Assembly: GCA_002104945.1 (NCBI GenBank)
Contig: MCFH01000070.1
Span: 124,001 to 188,000 of the forward strand
DNA: 64,000 bases
Reading direction: 5' to 3'
From: Piromyces finnis finn
Taxonomy: Eukaryota > Fungi > Neocallimastigomycota
Positions 1 to 11,125 of the stretch are shown here, in pieces (position 1 is the stretch's first letter; each line of letters begins with the position of its first letter). The translations under genes and the position numbers were made by a program. The notes beneath the pieces are model-generated. The model was given only the letters and a program-made list of their open reading frames with translations, did not search any database and was not told the origin of the DNA.

Positions 1-3000
1 TACATTGTTAACTACATTTTCAACAACACCATTAATTTCAAAAGTTTATTCACAAAAATATAGAGTACCAATGGCATTAGATGCTCCTATCAATGTTGAA
101 TTTACAGAAAATACTGAAATGACTAATGAAAATGATAACCATACTGTTAATGATCAATCCAATTATTACAAACTTTTAATTACCATTACTAATACAAAAT
201 CTTTACCAGGTTTAATGACTGTATTACATCTCTTGAATAATAAACAAATAAAAGGTGCTAATAATCAAAGATTAATGGTTCATTCCCTTCGTGTCATGGA
301 ATTTTCGGAAAGATCTTCCTCTATTCAAATGGCAACAGATGCCACCACCACTACAAATTTAGATCCTATCTCAACAATATTAAGAACATTTGGACAACTT
401 AATAATATTAATATTATCGCTAATTTAATTGTTGCTAAACCTTCTGATTTTGCTTCAACTATATCATACTATTCTGAAAATTTCCGTTCGAACATGCTAA
501 TTATTCCTTTTGATTATAGTGAAACAAATATTGTGGGTACTGCCCAATCAGGATATTTAACATTAGCTAATATATTTGAAAATCCAAATAATCAATCATC
601 GACATCTATTCAACAACAACAACAACAACAACAGCTACAACAACAACAACAATTTAATCCCGCTCCATCTAAAACATTTAGAAATATAAAATCAGAGTAT
701 TTACCTGGAATCTGTCATTTATTAAAAAGTAGTTGTTGTCCTGTAGGTATTTTTATTGATCGTGGTTTTGGTCAAGGTCCTGCAATGATGGCTTTAGCTA
801 ATAATAATAATGAAATTAACTATGCTAATAATGTAACTAACTTTTCAACTATTAATCTCTATACTCAATCTGTTGTGATTATTTTTATTGGTGGTCCAGA
901 TGATCGTGAAGCTCTTAAATTAGCCACTCGTATAGCGAAAACAAATAAAGTTCAAGTAGTTATTAAAAGAATTAGACAATCGAGTGAAATGGTCAAATTA
1001 TCTGCTAGAGATCCTACAGATATTGATTATGATATTGGTCCTGAGAATTTAACCTTCCAAAATTCTTTTATTAAGAGTACTTCTCTTCAAACCTATCAAA
1101 AAATGCTTTCAACCTTATCTGAAAGAAAAAGTAATAATAATTCAAATAGGGCCAGTGTTATTTCTGATAGAAAGGCCTCCAATAGTTTAAATAAAAAAGA
1201 TATGAATAGTAATGATTATGAAAAAAATATTAATATTGGATCAGCAACACCAAGAGACGAGAGTAATACCAATAATAATGATGATGATGGAGCAAATGAT
1301 AATGATCGAGCAAGTAAATCAAGTTCCGGAAAAAATTCATTTGATTCTTTATCTTTATTATCAAAACCTTCTATTGCAGTGTCTATGTCTACTAGTGATG
1401 CTTCCTCTAGCAATTCAAATTCACATGAAAAACTTCCAGACGATAAAAAAGAAATAATGCCACCAAAAATTGATACTTCTTTACCTTCCACTAGAAACAA
1501 TACTCAACCATCATCCAAAGAAGTAACACCAGTGTCAATAAATATGCCAGATGTTCAAAATCAACCACCACCACCACAACAAAATAATTCTAATAATAAA
1601 ACGGCTGGTCTTATTAAGAGAGGAACACTATTAGGTAAAATCATTAGAAGTAGAAAGAATACAGCTGACAGTAATCGTCAATCTGTCTCATCGACCAAAA
1701 AAGGAGAAGAAAATAATGAAGAAGAAGTTAAGGGTAGTAATGAATCTTTCTCTATTGAAATTGAAGTTGATTCCTATGAAGATAGAATAGCATTTAAGGA
1801 AATTAAAAAATTGTTAAGTAAACCTAATTCTCATATTTCAATAGAAGATGTCATTATTAATTCAAAAGATCAATTAATTGATGCTTGCATTGATTTAGTT
1901 AATAGTATTGGTAAAAAAGATCTTCTTATTATTGGAAGAGAAAGTTTTATATCGGATAATAATGAGGTAAAAGAAAATGATATTGCTAATAGTAGACCAA
2001 ATATTGGTATGTATATTTTTACCTTTGAATCAATCATATATATATATGTATAATTCATCAAATATATAAAAATATTTTAATATGCTAATTTATATGTAAA
2101 TTAAATAAATATCATCCATTATTATCAATTTTAATTCAATAGAATTAATCAGAAGAAAGAGTGAAACGGGAACAGATATCAGTAGCAATGACCCATATGA
2201 CAATACCGAGAATAATATTCAAAAGACAGTATCTAGTTTTGTTGCCAGTCATTTCATTGGTGGTGGTAATTCAAGTAACCTTAATCTTCAAGATGAAGCT
2301 CGTTTAAGAACTATGGCGGGTCCACTTGGTTACCGTGCGATAATGGAATGTTCCGCTAGCATTATGATTGTTCAAGCCAGTAAATATAAAGGTTATGATA
2401 GAACCATGGAAGATATTACCGAAATGGAAGAAGAAAAACTTGAAGATAAAAGAGAAAGAATTAATAGTAAAAGTAGTCTAAAGAAATTTAATAGTTTCAG
2501 AGATCATATGAAGTTATCAACAGAAAATATTGAACTTAGAAATTTGTATAAAAGATCTAGTTCATTACGAAGTGGATCACGTTCAATACGTAGTGGATCG
2601 TTCCATAGTAATTTTAGAAATGGAAATAGTAATAGCACTATGTCAATAAGAAATGTAGAGGAAAGACAACCTTCCAATAGTAATATTAATTTAACAAAAG
2701 ATTTCGATGCAAAAAGAAAGGCTTCCATTGAAGAAGAGGAAAAACGTTCTACCAATAGTAATAAAATTACATTTGAAAAAGATAATATTATCATTTCGAA
2801 TCCTTCAAGTAGTCATGGTTCATATAATAACGAAATTAATATTATGAATAATAATGGTTTTTCAAGGTATAATACACTAAGTAAAAAAGATGAAATCGAA
2901 AGAGAACGTATAAAACAAATTATTAAAGATCGTGAAAGTTATCTTTTTAACGAAATACATAATATAGAAGGAGATATAGCTAGTTCTGATGGTTTTTACA

Positions 3001-3047
3001 TAGATAGTACAGATAATTTAGATAACGTTTCTGATTCAGGACTTTAA
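1..3047 (+). CDS. KHA1: 3' part of a CPA2-family cation/H+ antiporter (fungal KHA1 / plant CHX-like); gene begins before the window
   Basis: Last TM helix (TTFSTTPL), then the CHX/KHA1 cytosolic motifs LRVMEFSERSS, VGIFIDRG, IFIGGPDDREAL and LGYRAIMECSASIMIVQ. A GT-AG intron at 2007-2142 joins ORF 5..2053 in frame to ORF 2313..3047. Confidence 0.8.
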
Positions 3048-3656
3048 ATAACAAATATAATTAAAAAAAAAAAAAAACGATAATATAAAGTTATTATAGT
3101 AATTTCATTTAAACAATAGTTGTATTTTTTTAATATCAAATTTTACATTTTATATTTAATTTATTATATATATATATATTTTTTTATTATAAAACATTTT
3201 TCTTTTTTCTTGAAGAAAAAAATAGTAATATTATATAGAAAACGTAATTTATATATATTTATTTCATTATTATAACCTATTATTTAATCTTATTACTTTA
3301 TAAAAAAGAAATGCCTATAATTTATTTTTAATGTTAAATAATTCAAATTCAAATAGTAAACTTTAAAATTTATCTATTAATATATATATTAAAAATAATT
3401 ATAATATATAAAAATTAATTATATATTATGAAAAGAACAAAAAATAATCATTCTTATAAAATAGTGTAAAAAAAAAAAAAAAAAAAAAAATATTTAATAA
3501 AAAATAAAAAGTATCAAAATAATTGAGGTTTATAACAAATTGTTAATATAAAAATAAGAAAAAAAAAAAACCAAAAATAACTCTTCATTGATTAATTGAA
3601 TGAAAGTAAAACGTATTTATATAATAATAAATATATTCATTTATTTTTTTTTTCCG

Positions 3657-3668
3657 TTAGTTTTATTT
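3657..3668 (+). repeat. 5' target-site duplication of LINE copy 1 (TTAGTTTTATTT)
   Basis: Identical 12-mer at 7658-7669, directly after the poly(A) tail. Confidence 0.9.
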
Positions 3669-6600
3669 CCCAATCTGTATTCGACAAGGATAATCGAATA
3701 CAGATTATCCTTGTCGTGTTACTTTGCGAAACTATAGACACTTTTTCAAGAAAGCTGACGAATCAGTTCCGGGAATGAGAGGTTTATATTTAGGTTTTCA
3801 CAATTCATGTCAAGCCTCACTTGAAAACTTCTCTGGAAAGTATATTATTTCTATTTATACTTTTAGTCTCTGGAATAGATTCAAATGCTCGATTGGAAAT
3901 GTTTATATGCCTCATAGTCATCACAACATCTATGTTGATCATGCAAAGTTAGAAGTTCGCTTGTGGTTACAAACTCATTCATCCCATCCATCGATTCTTG
4001 TTGGTGATTTTAATATGTCTAAAGTAAAATTATCCAACTGGTTATCAACTAATGGATTAGGAGATTGGGAAATTCTTCCGCTTAGAGGGTCTACTATCTC
4101 TTGGACTCGAGGTGATCAATCTTCCGACATTGACCATGCTCTTATCAATTCGAAGATGAAAGATCTTATTCACTCAGGATCATTTATAAATAATTTTTAT
4201 CCTGTATCAGACCATAAGCCACTTCTTATTAATGGTAAAATTATTCCTATGGAAGATTTTTCTAATGACTTTAATGTTCCTAAGAAAATTCTGAAATGGA
4301 ATAGATTAAAATGTATTGAGGAAAAGGAATCTATTCTCAGTCATAATAAATTCCAAATACTTTCAGCAAAATCCAACAATCCTAATGTTTCTACAGATGA
4401 ACTTTCCAAAGAGTTTACTTCAACTGCTTTTTCAATTGCAGACGAGCTCAGTATTACTTCAGCAAATAATGTTATAAAGTCTTCATTTCATATTTCACAA
4501 CAAATTTTTAATCTCCAAAAAATCAAAATGAAGTTGTATAAGAGATTTAAAAAAGAAAGAATTTATGATATAGATGAATTTATTAAAAGAATTAAAATCT
4601 ACCGTAAACTCATTGATTACATCCACAAAAGATGTAATGAATTTAGGAAGCAAGAATATCTTCATTGGATTAAAACAGGATGTGAGTATATGAAGAGTCA
4701 TAATCCTAAGAAGGCCTGGAAATGGATCAAGAAAACTGCAAAAATTGGAAAAGATTCTTTCTTTATTGCTCAACCAATTAAAAATAAAAATGGAGAATTA
4801 GTTGTTGCTACGGAAGAACAACTAGATGTGTGGCATGATCATTTCGAAAATCTTGCATCAGACCCAAGTGGTGTAAGTCTTGATTTGGAGCATTGGTATG
4901 AAGAACCAACGAATAAACGTTTTTCACTTCCTATGCTTGATGAGTGGGATATCAACCAAGACATTAGTATTGATGAAGTCAAGTCAGCTATCCTCACTAC
5001 TCCAAATTATAAAGCATCAGGTCCGGATGGTATTCCAATTGAATTTTACAAAGCATTAGTTCCATCAAGTAATGATTCTAATAATGCTACAGATAATAAT
5101 TCTTCTGGTAATACTACTTCAGATAATGATGCTCATGGTTTAAATTTTATTCTTAAATTATTCAACCGTATTTGGGATGGAGATTTCCCCAACTCATGGA
5201 ATGAATCCAGTATTGTTTCTATTCCTAAGAAGGGAGATTTGACAGATTGTGATAACTATCGAGGTATATCACTTATCAATAATGGTATTAAGTTGATTTC
5301 CAAAATTGTCACCACTAGAATCTCAGAATATGGTCTAAAGAATAATTTCATTAGACCTGAACAATTTGGTTTTCGAAAAAAGGAAGAAAGTATTAGTCTT
5401 TTCATTTCAATCCAAGAAATATGCCGTAGACGTCAATTAGATAATAAAGAGACATATTTGGCCTTTTTAGATCTCAGGAAAGCATACGATTCAGTCCCAA
5501 TCGGTAATATTCTCCATAAATTAGATTGTTTAGGAATCCGAGGTAAGAGTCTACAATTTATCAAAAATTTATATTTAACATCTAAGGCTATTGTCAAATT
5601 AGATGGACAATTCTCGAAATCTTTTGATGTGAAGAAAGGAGTCCGTCAAGGTTGCCCTCTTTCTCCTATTCTCTTTAATCTCTTTATTAATGATATATTT
5701 AGAGAGTGCGAAGATCTAGGAGTCAGTTTAGGTGACACTCGATGCTGTGGTGGACTTTTTGCAGATGATATAGTTATTTGTGCTCCAACAAGAGGATGCT
5801 TAAAAAAGATGCTTAGAAGAGTTAATGAATGGGCATTGTATAATGAAATGGAATTTGGTATCCAGAAATGTTCAACGATGGTGATTCGTCCTGAATCAAT
5901 AGAAAATCAGAACAAGAGAGATCCAACATTTTACTTAGCAGGACAACCCATTCCAACTACTGATTGTTATACTTATCTTGGTGTTCCATTTGATAAGAAT
6001 TTGTCCCTTAAACCAGTAATTAAAGCTCTTAATAACAAGGTTTTGAAAGGGCTTTTCTCAGTCAGTAAATTCTTAAGAAATCCTAATATTCCTATTCCTT
6101 TCAAAAAACTAGTACTTAACTCACAAGTGATTAGCAGAGTTTCATACTTTGCACCATTACTTGGATCCAACAAAGCCAGGTCTAGGATTGCTCAGAAGCA
6201 TGTTAACAAAGGAATACGATGGGTTGCCGGAGTTCATAAAGCTGTATCGTTTATATCTTTATACTCTATTTCAAAAGATTTGAATATTCCTCCATTGTCA
6301 GCCAAATGTGCGTTAGCTCAGGTTAGATGTTTTAACAAATGGAAAAACTCAAATTGTATTATCTCACACCTTGTCAATTACATTCCTAAATTTAGAAAAT
6401 ACACGTGGTGCAAATCAAGTAGGACACTTGATAAAAAACTAAAGAAACATGGAGATGTTAAAGCAGTTAAAAACTTTTATTGGAAAGATCTCAAAGGGAA
6501 TTCAATCAAAGCGCAATATTATGATGATAATAAATTTATTGAAACTAAAGATTTTATTAAATTATGTTATGAGTACCCAGAGTTTGCCTATGGCTTCTAC

Positions 6601-7619
6601 TGGCTATTGAAAGCAAGAAGCGGATACAAGTTGGATGCTAGAGTTGCCAAAGCTGCCAAATTTGTTGATCCAGTTTGTCCTAACTACTGTCCATGTTGCA
6701 AGTGTGGAGATCAAAGTATTAAACATTGGTTATTAGATTGTCCAACATTTAGAGATATCCGTATTAAACATTATGATTCTATAGTCCAGCTATTAAATTT
6801 TTTCAGTCAACGTAATTCCAATAGTCCTATCAATAATAATGAAATTGATAATATCAGTAGAGATAGTAATAACATTAATACTAATAGTAACAATAGTAGT
6901 AATAACAATAGTAATAGTAACAATAGTAATAGTAACAATAGTAATAATAACAATAATAGAAATAATAATATTAGTAATGATAACAATAGTGAAGATAATA
7001 ATTCTAATTTAGATAGTAATTTAGTTAATGATAGTAATAGTTCTAATAATCCGGTGAATATTAATGTGTATGATTATTCTAGTGTGTGCAGTAAAATATT
7101 TAAATTCCTTCTTGGGGGAAGAAGTTTTAACAATATTAATTACAATTCAAGGGAATGGAAAGAACTTTGTAAGCGTCAGATTCAATCTGATACTAACGAA
7201 GGAACACCATTCTTGACGGTAACCGCGGAACTTCTAACCAAAATCATGCCTTTTGCTATTGGCCAGCAATGGACAATGTTCAAAAGGTTTGAAGCAACAT
7301 CCAAGAGCGTCAATGCTGAAGAAACAGTAAGACAGGCCAGGAGGGCCAGCGCAACCAATGGAGATCATAATTTTGTTCCATGACAAAATTTTGATCTTTG
7401 GCTCGGTGTCCCATTGGAAGTCAAATACAATTATTATACTTTAGTATGATAGTGGCTTTCTTACTTTAATTAAAATTACTAGAATACATTATACCCAATT
7501 TTTATTCATTTGTGTTTATTTAAACATATTTTTTTTATTTTTATTTTTATTTTAATTTTTATATTACATGTATTATAATTTTAATTAAATTAATAATAAA
7601 GTTTAAAATATTTGATGCC

Positions 7620-7657
<38 letters not shown>
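3669..7657 (+). mobile_element. Non-LTR retrotransposon (LINE, APE-RT type), 5'-truncated, copy 1
   Basis: Uninterrupted EN-RT ORF, ~240-nt 3' UTR with AATAAA at 7595-7600, A35 tail at 7623-7657, and a 12-bp TSD. A second copy lies at 50447-51912. Confidence 0.95.
3724..7383 (+). CDS. LINE ORF2: AP-endonuclease (N-terminus missing), reverse transcriptase, C-terminal CCHC zinc finger
   Basis: EN motifs GNVYMP, LVGDFN, DIDH and SDHKPL. RT motifs GPDGIP, YRGISL, FLDLRKAYDSV, GVRQGCPLSPILFN, FADD and YLGV. Zinc finger CPCC-x8-H-x4-C. Confidence 0.95.
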   Translation: MRNYRHFFKKADESVPGMRGLYLGFHNSCQASLENFSGKYIISIYTFSLWNRFKCSIGNVYMPHSHHNIYVDHAKLEVRLWLQTHSSHPSILVGDFNMSKVKLSNWLSTNGLGDWEILPLRGSTISWTRGDQSSDIDHALINSKMKDLIHSGSFINNFYPVSDHKPLLINGKIIPMEDFSNDFNVPKKILKWNRLKCIEEKESILSHNKFQILSAKSNNPNVSTDELSKEFTSTAFSIADELSITSANNVIKSSFHISQQIFNLQKIKMKLYKRFKKERIYDIDEFIKRIKIYRKLIDYIHKRCNEFRKQEYLHWIKTGCEYMKSHNPKKAWKWIKKTAKIGKDSFFIAQPIKNKNGELVVATEEQLDVWHDHFENLASDPSGVSLDLEHWYEEPTNKRFSLPMLDEWDINQDISIDEVKSAILTTPNYKASGPDGIPIEFYKALVPSSNDSNNATDNNSSGNTTSDNDAHGLNFILKLFNRIWDGDFPNSWNESSIVSIPKKGDLTDCDNYRGISLINNGIKLISKIVTTRISEYGLKNNFIRPEQFGFRKKEESISLFISIQEICRRRQLDNKETYLAFLDLRKAYDSVPIGNILHKLDCLGIRGKSLQFIKNLYLTSKAIVKLDGQFSKSFDVKKGVRQGCPLSPILFNLFINDIFRECEDLGVSLGDTRCCGGLFADDIVICAPTRGCLKKMLRRVNEWALYNEMEFGIQKCSTMVIRPESIENQNKRDPTFYLAGQPIPTTDCYTYLGVPFDKNLSLKPVIKALNNKVLKGLFSVSKFLRNPNIPIPFKKLVLNSQVISRVSYFAPLLGSNKARSRIAQKHVNKGIRWVAGVHKAVSFISLYSISKDLNIPPLSAKCALAQVRCFNKWKNSNCIISHLVNYIPKFRKYTWCKSSRTLDKKLKKHGDVKAVKNFYWKDLKGNSIKAQYYDDNKFIETKDFIKLCYEYPEFAYGFYWLLKARSGYKLDARVAKAAKFVDPVCPNYCPCCKCGDQSIKHWLLDCPTFRDIRIKHYDSIVQLLNFFSQRNSNSPINNNEIDNISRDSNNINTNSNNSSNNNSNSNNSNSNNSNNNNNRNNNISNDNNSEDNNSNLDSNLVNDSNSSNNPVNINVYDYSSVCSKIFKFLLGGRSFNNINYNSREWKELCKRQIQSDTNEGTPFLTVTAELLTKIMPFAIGQQWTMFKRFEATSKSVNAEETVRQARRASATNGDHNFVP

Positions 7658-7659
<2 letters not shown>

Positions 7660-7669
7660 AGTTTTATTT
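7658..7669 (+). repeat. 3' target-site duplication of LINE copy 1
   Basis: TTAGTTTTATTT, identical to 3657-3668. Confidence 0.9.
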
Positions 7670-7887
7670 TGTTTTTATTTATTTTTCTTTTGTATATTTA
7701 TATATTTATTATTATTATTTTTTTCCCTATTAATATTATAATAAAATATTAAAAGATTTATTTGTTATTTTAGTTATATATTAAAATGTTACTCTTATAT
7801 ATATATTACAAATAATAATGAAAAAAAAAAAAAAAAAAATAATAATAATAATAAATATGATTATGATATGTTAAAGTTATTTTTTTC

Positions 7888-8992
7888 TTAAATCCTTTTT
7901 CTTAAAATCTTTGCAATATATGGTGTTACCATAATAGTTATTAAAGATTTTGGTGGTGAAATGACTTGAGCAATTGCATAAGTTACAACCAATTTTTTAA
8001 ATAGCTTTTTTCTTTTAGTAGTCGGGTCGTCATTTTCGTCAGCTTTAGTTATTGATATTTCTGTACTTTCATTTTTTCTTTCAAGCTTTTTTTGTTTAGC
8101 TTCTTCAAGAGTTTCTTCAATATATTCAACTTTACCCTTAATTTTATTTATTACCCTTTTACCTAAATTGGAAATGTATTCTTTTGATTGCTTGTATAAT
8201 TCATCTGGATCGAGATCATAATATAATACTACTGCAAGAGTAGGAAAATAAAAGAGAGCAGTAAGAGAAAGGTATATTATAACAGCAATAATACCATATT
8301 CTCTTATAACATCCATTAAATTCTTTTGTTTTTCTTTAGTTTTATTATTTGAATTTTGCGAATATGCTTGTTCTTTATTCGTTGTGTTGCTATTACCAGT
8401 ATTTGTTTTTTCTTTATTATTATTTATGGGTTTAGCTTCTGTTGTATAAGTCATATTTTGTACAATATATTTAGTTGAGTTAATTTTTTGGTCGATAGTA
8501 CTTTTATTAAATTTTTGAAGTGAACTCATAAATCTTTTATTATAAATTGAGAAGGTCATAGTATTAATAATATCGTTATTATTAAGCTTTTCTTTTGGAA
8601 CATCAATAACTCCAAAAGTTAAGGACTCTTTATAACCATTTTTAGTAATATGTGAATTTAAAGTTGAATAAGAACATTTATTTTGAATTGTAGGTAATGG
8701 TCTGATATTGTTTAAACCTGTATTTAAATTTAAAGCTTTAGAGGAAACATTTCTTGAAATGTTTATATTAATACTTGATGGTTTATCCAAATTAATATTT
8801 TTATAATATTTTGATATGGTATTTTTAATTATATTTTTATTTATATTATCTTATTATTATAAATAAATGAAAGATAAATGAATATTTATTCCTATATTTA
8901 ACATATATATATTTAATATAAATAGATGTTAAAATGAAATTAAACTTACTATGTTTATATATTACTGTTATGATGTTCTCTCTACAAATCAT
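7888..8992 (-). CDS. FAM210/DUF1279-like organellar membrane protein
   Basis: IREYGIIAVIIYLSL...LVVTYAIAQVISPPKSLITIMVTPYIA resembles DUF1279. The ORF-track start is TTG; a likely ATG exon at 8950-8992 plus a GT-AG intron at 8850-8949 joins in frame. The N-terminus is basic, Ser/Asn-rich and presequence-like. Confidence 0.65.
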
Positions 8993-9418
8993 TTACAATA
9001 AATAATAATATTTAAAAGAAAAACTTTTAAAAATGAATAATTTTATGTACTATTAGTATTAGTTTTGAAATAATTATTTATTTTTTTTCAAAACATAAAA
9101 GAAAAAAGTTATTAGCCATTTTTTTAATTTTTAATTTTCCAATTATATACAAATATACAAATTGTATTTTTATATATATAATGATAAAATTTTAAATATA
9201 AACATTTTAAATAAAAAAAATGTTTATAAATTAATTTAATTATTATTTATTTAATAATTGAAAATTTTTATTTACTTAATTATCAAATTATTTATTTATT
9301 TATTTATTAAATTATTTATTATTTATTTATTTTAATTTTAAAATTTTTAATATATAATATAAAAATACAAAAATGTATAAAAAAAAAATTTTTTTTTTTG
9401 AAGCATATATATATAAAA

Positions 9419-9921
9419 ATGGCAATGAACGAACAATGCTTTAAAGAAATTCAAGATGTTCAAGCTGAAATGTAAATAAAAAATATTTAATTCTCTTATT
9501 ATAAAAATATATATACGTATATTTGTGTAATTTTTTTTAATGACAAATTTCATTTTAATTATTCTAAATTTGAAAGATATCAAACTTATAAATATTCGGA
9601 AGAGAATTTAACTAGAATCAATGAGATTTCTCAAGAAAAATATAAAGAAAACTTTGAATTATTTACAAAGCATACAAAAGAACTTCAACTTCTTAAACAA
9701 AATTTAGAAGATGTTTTTATGAGAATAAGGTATAAATTTATTAAAATTAAATGTTTTGTAAATATAAATATTAAAGTAAAAATAATAATTATATTCATTT
9801 AAAAATATATATAATTTGTACTTTATCAAAATATAGGAAAATTAAAAATAGTTTAAAAACAAAGTATCCAGAAGAATATCAAGAAGCAGAAAAAATGTTT
9901 CCTGAAATTGAAATTGACTAA
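9419..9921 (+). CDS. KXD1: KxDL-domain protein (KXD1/BORCS4-like), 3 exons, ~96 aa; missed by the ORF track
   Basis: Spliced product MAMNEQCFKEIQDVQAEIYQ...FTKHTKELQLLKQNLEDVFMRIRKIKNSLKTKYPEEY matches the KXD1 pattern F..HT..L..MK.DLD.IF.RIR.LK.KL...PE. Both introns are GT-AG and in frame. Confidence 0.75.
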
Positions 9922-11125
9922 TTTTTTTTATTGTATATAAATTATGGCATTTTTAAAACAAAATCTATTATTACTATGAAAAATAATTTTAACATATCCT
10001 TCCTTCACATATTTTTATAATATTTATCCATATAATTTATCTGTAAATTCAATTTCCTTTTCATACTATATTATTTAATAAAATATTTATATAGATATAA
10101 TATTGCTTTTTTTTTTTTCAATTTGTGAATTAATTCAAAATTAACTTTGTGAAAATATGAAATTTAAAATGCATTTTTTCAATTTTGTTTAGATTAAATA
10201 TGATTTTTATTATTTATTATTGTTTATTATTCTTTAAAAACATACATATAAGAGTATAATAATTATGTAATAATATTATTATTAATAATTAAAAAAAAAA
10301 AAAAAAAAAACACCTTACCTAGATAGAATTAACAAAATAATGGATACAATATTCCATCAAAAAAAAAAAAAGTATGAACATGATTTGAAATCTTTAAATC
10401 TATATTATATCACCTTCCTCATTTTTACTACTCTTTAATAAAAATATTTCTTAAATTCTTATTATTTCATTTCCAAGTTTAAATTTATTTAATGAATAGC
10501 TGAAAGCATCTTTCTTATTCCTACTAAAAGAAAAGGTAGAGTAAAAAGAAAATGTATTGAAATGTTGTACAATTTGATACAATAAATTTTTTATTTCAAA
10601 GTAAAATAAATGGTTTAGTTTATCACCCACAATTCATTTTATAATTAATAAAGTTTACTCTATAGATTGATCCATCTTTAAAAATACTAAAGAAATATTA
10701 GTTATTTGATAATAAATAATCAATATAATACTATTATTATTATAGAAAAAAAATTTTTTTTTTTTTTTCTTACTTTACTTTTTAAAAAAAAAAAATAATA
10801 ATAAAAGAAAAGATTAAACATCTTTTTTTTATAAAAAAAAAAAATACATAAATTACTTTTTTATTTTTTTTTAAAAAAAAAAAAACTTAAAAGTAAATAT
10901 TTTTTATAATTTTATATAATAGTAAGATAAATCAATAAAGTGTTTTATACTTTATGTTATAGATAAATATTAAATAATTAGAATAAGCTAAAATTAAAAT
11001 TGTAAATTTAATAAATAATTTTATAATTTATTAATTTCTTATTATATGTTTTTAAAATTTTATATTTATATATTATGTATTATAAAATGAAGATACTTTT
11101 TAAATAAATAAAAAAAGAAACAAAG

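Noticed and set aside
3596-3778. 60-aa ORF that might be a LINE ORF1 remnant
   Set aside because: It starts in AT-rich flank, crosses the TSD and the fold-back filler, and is out of frame with ORF2, so it is a chance ORF.
10311-10322. CCTTACCT resembling the U1 snRNA 5' end
   Set aside because: No U1 stem-loops or Sm site follow; the downstream sequence is plain AT-rich DNA.
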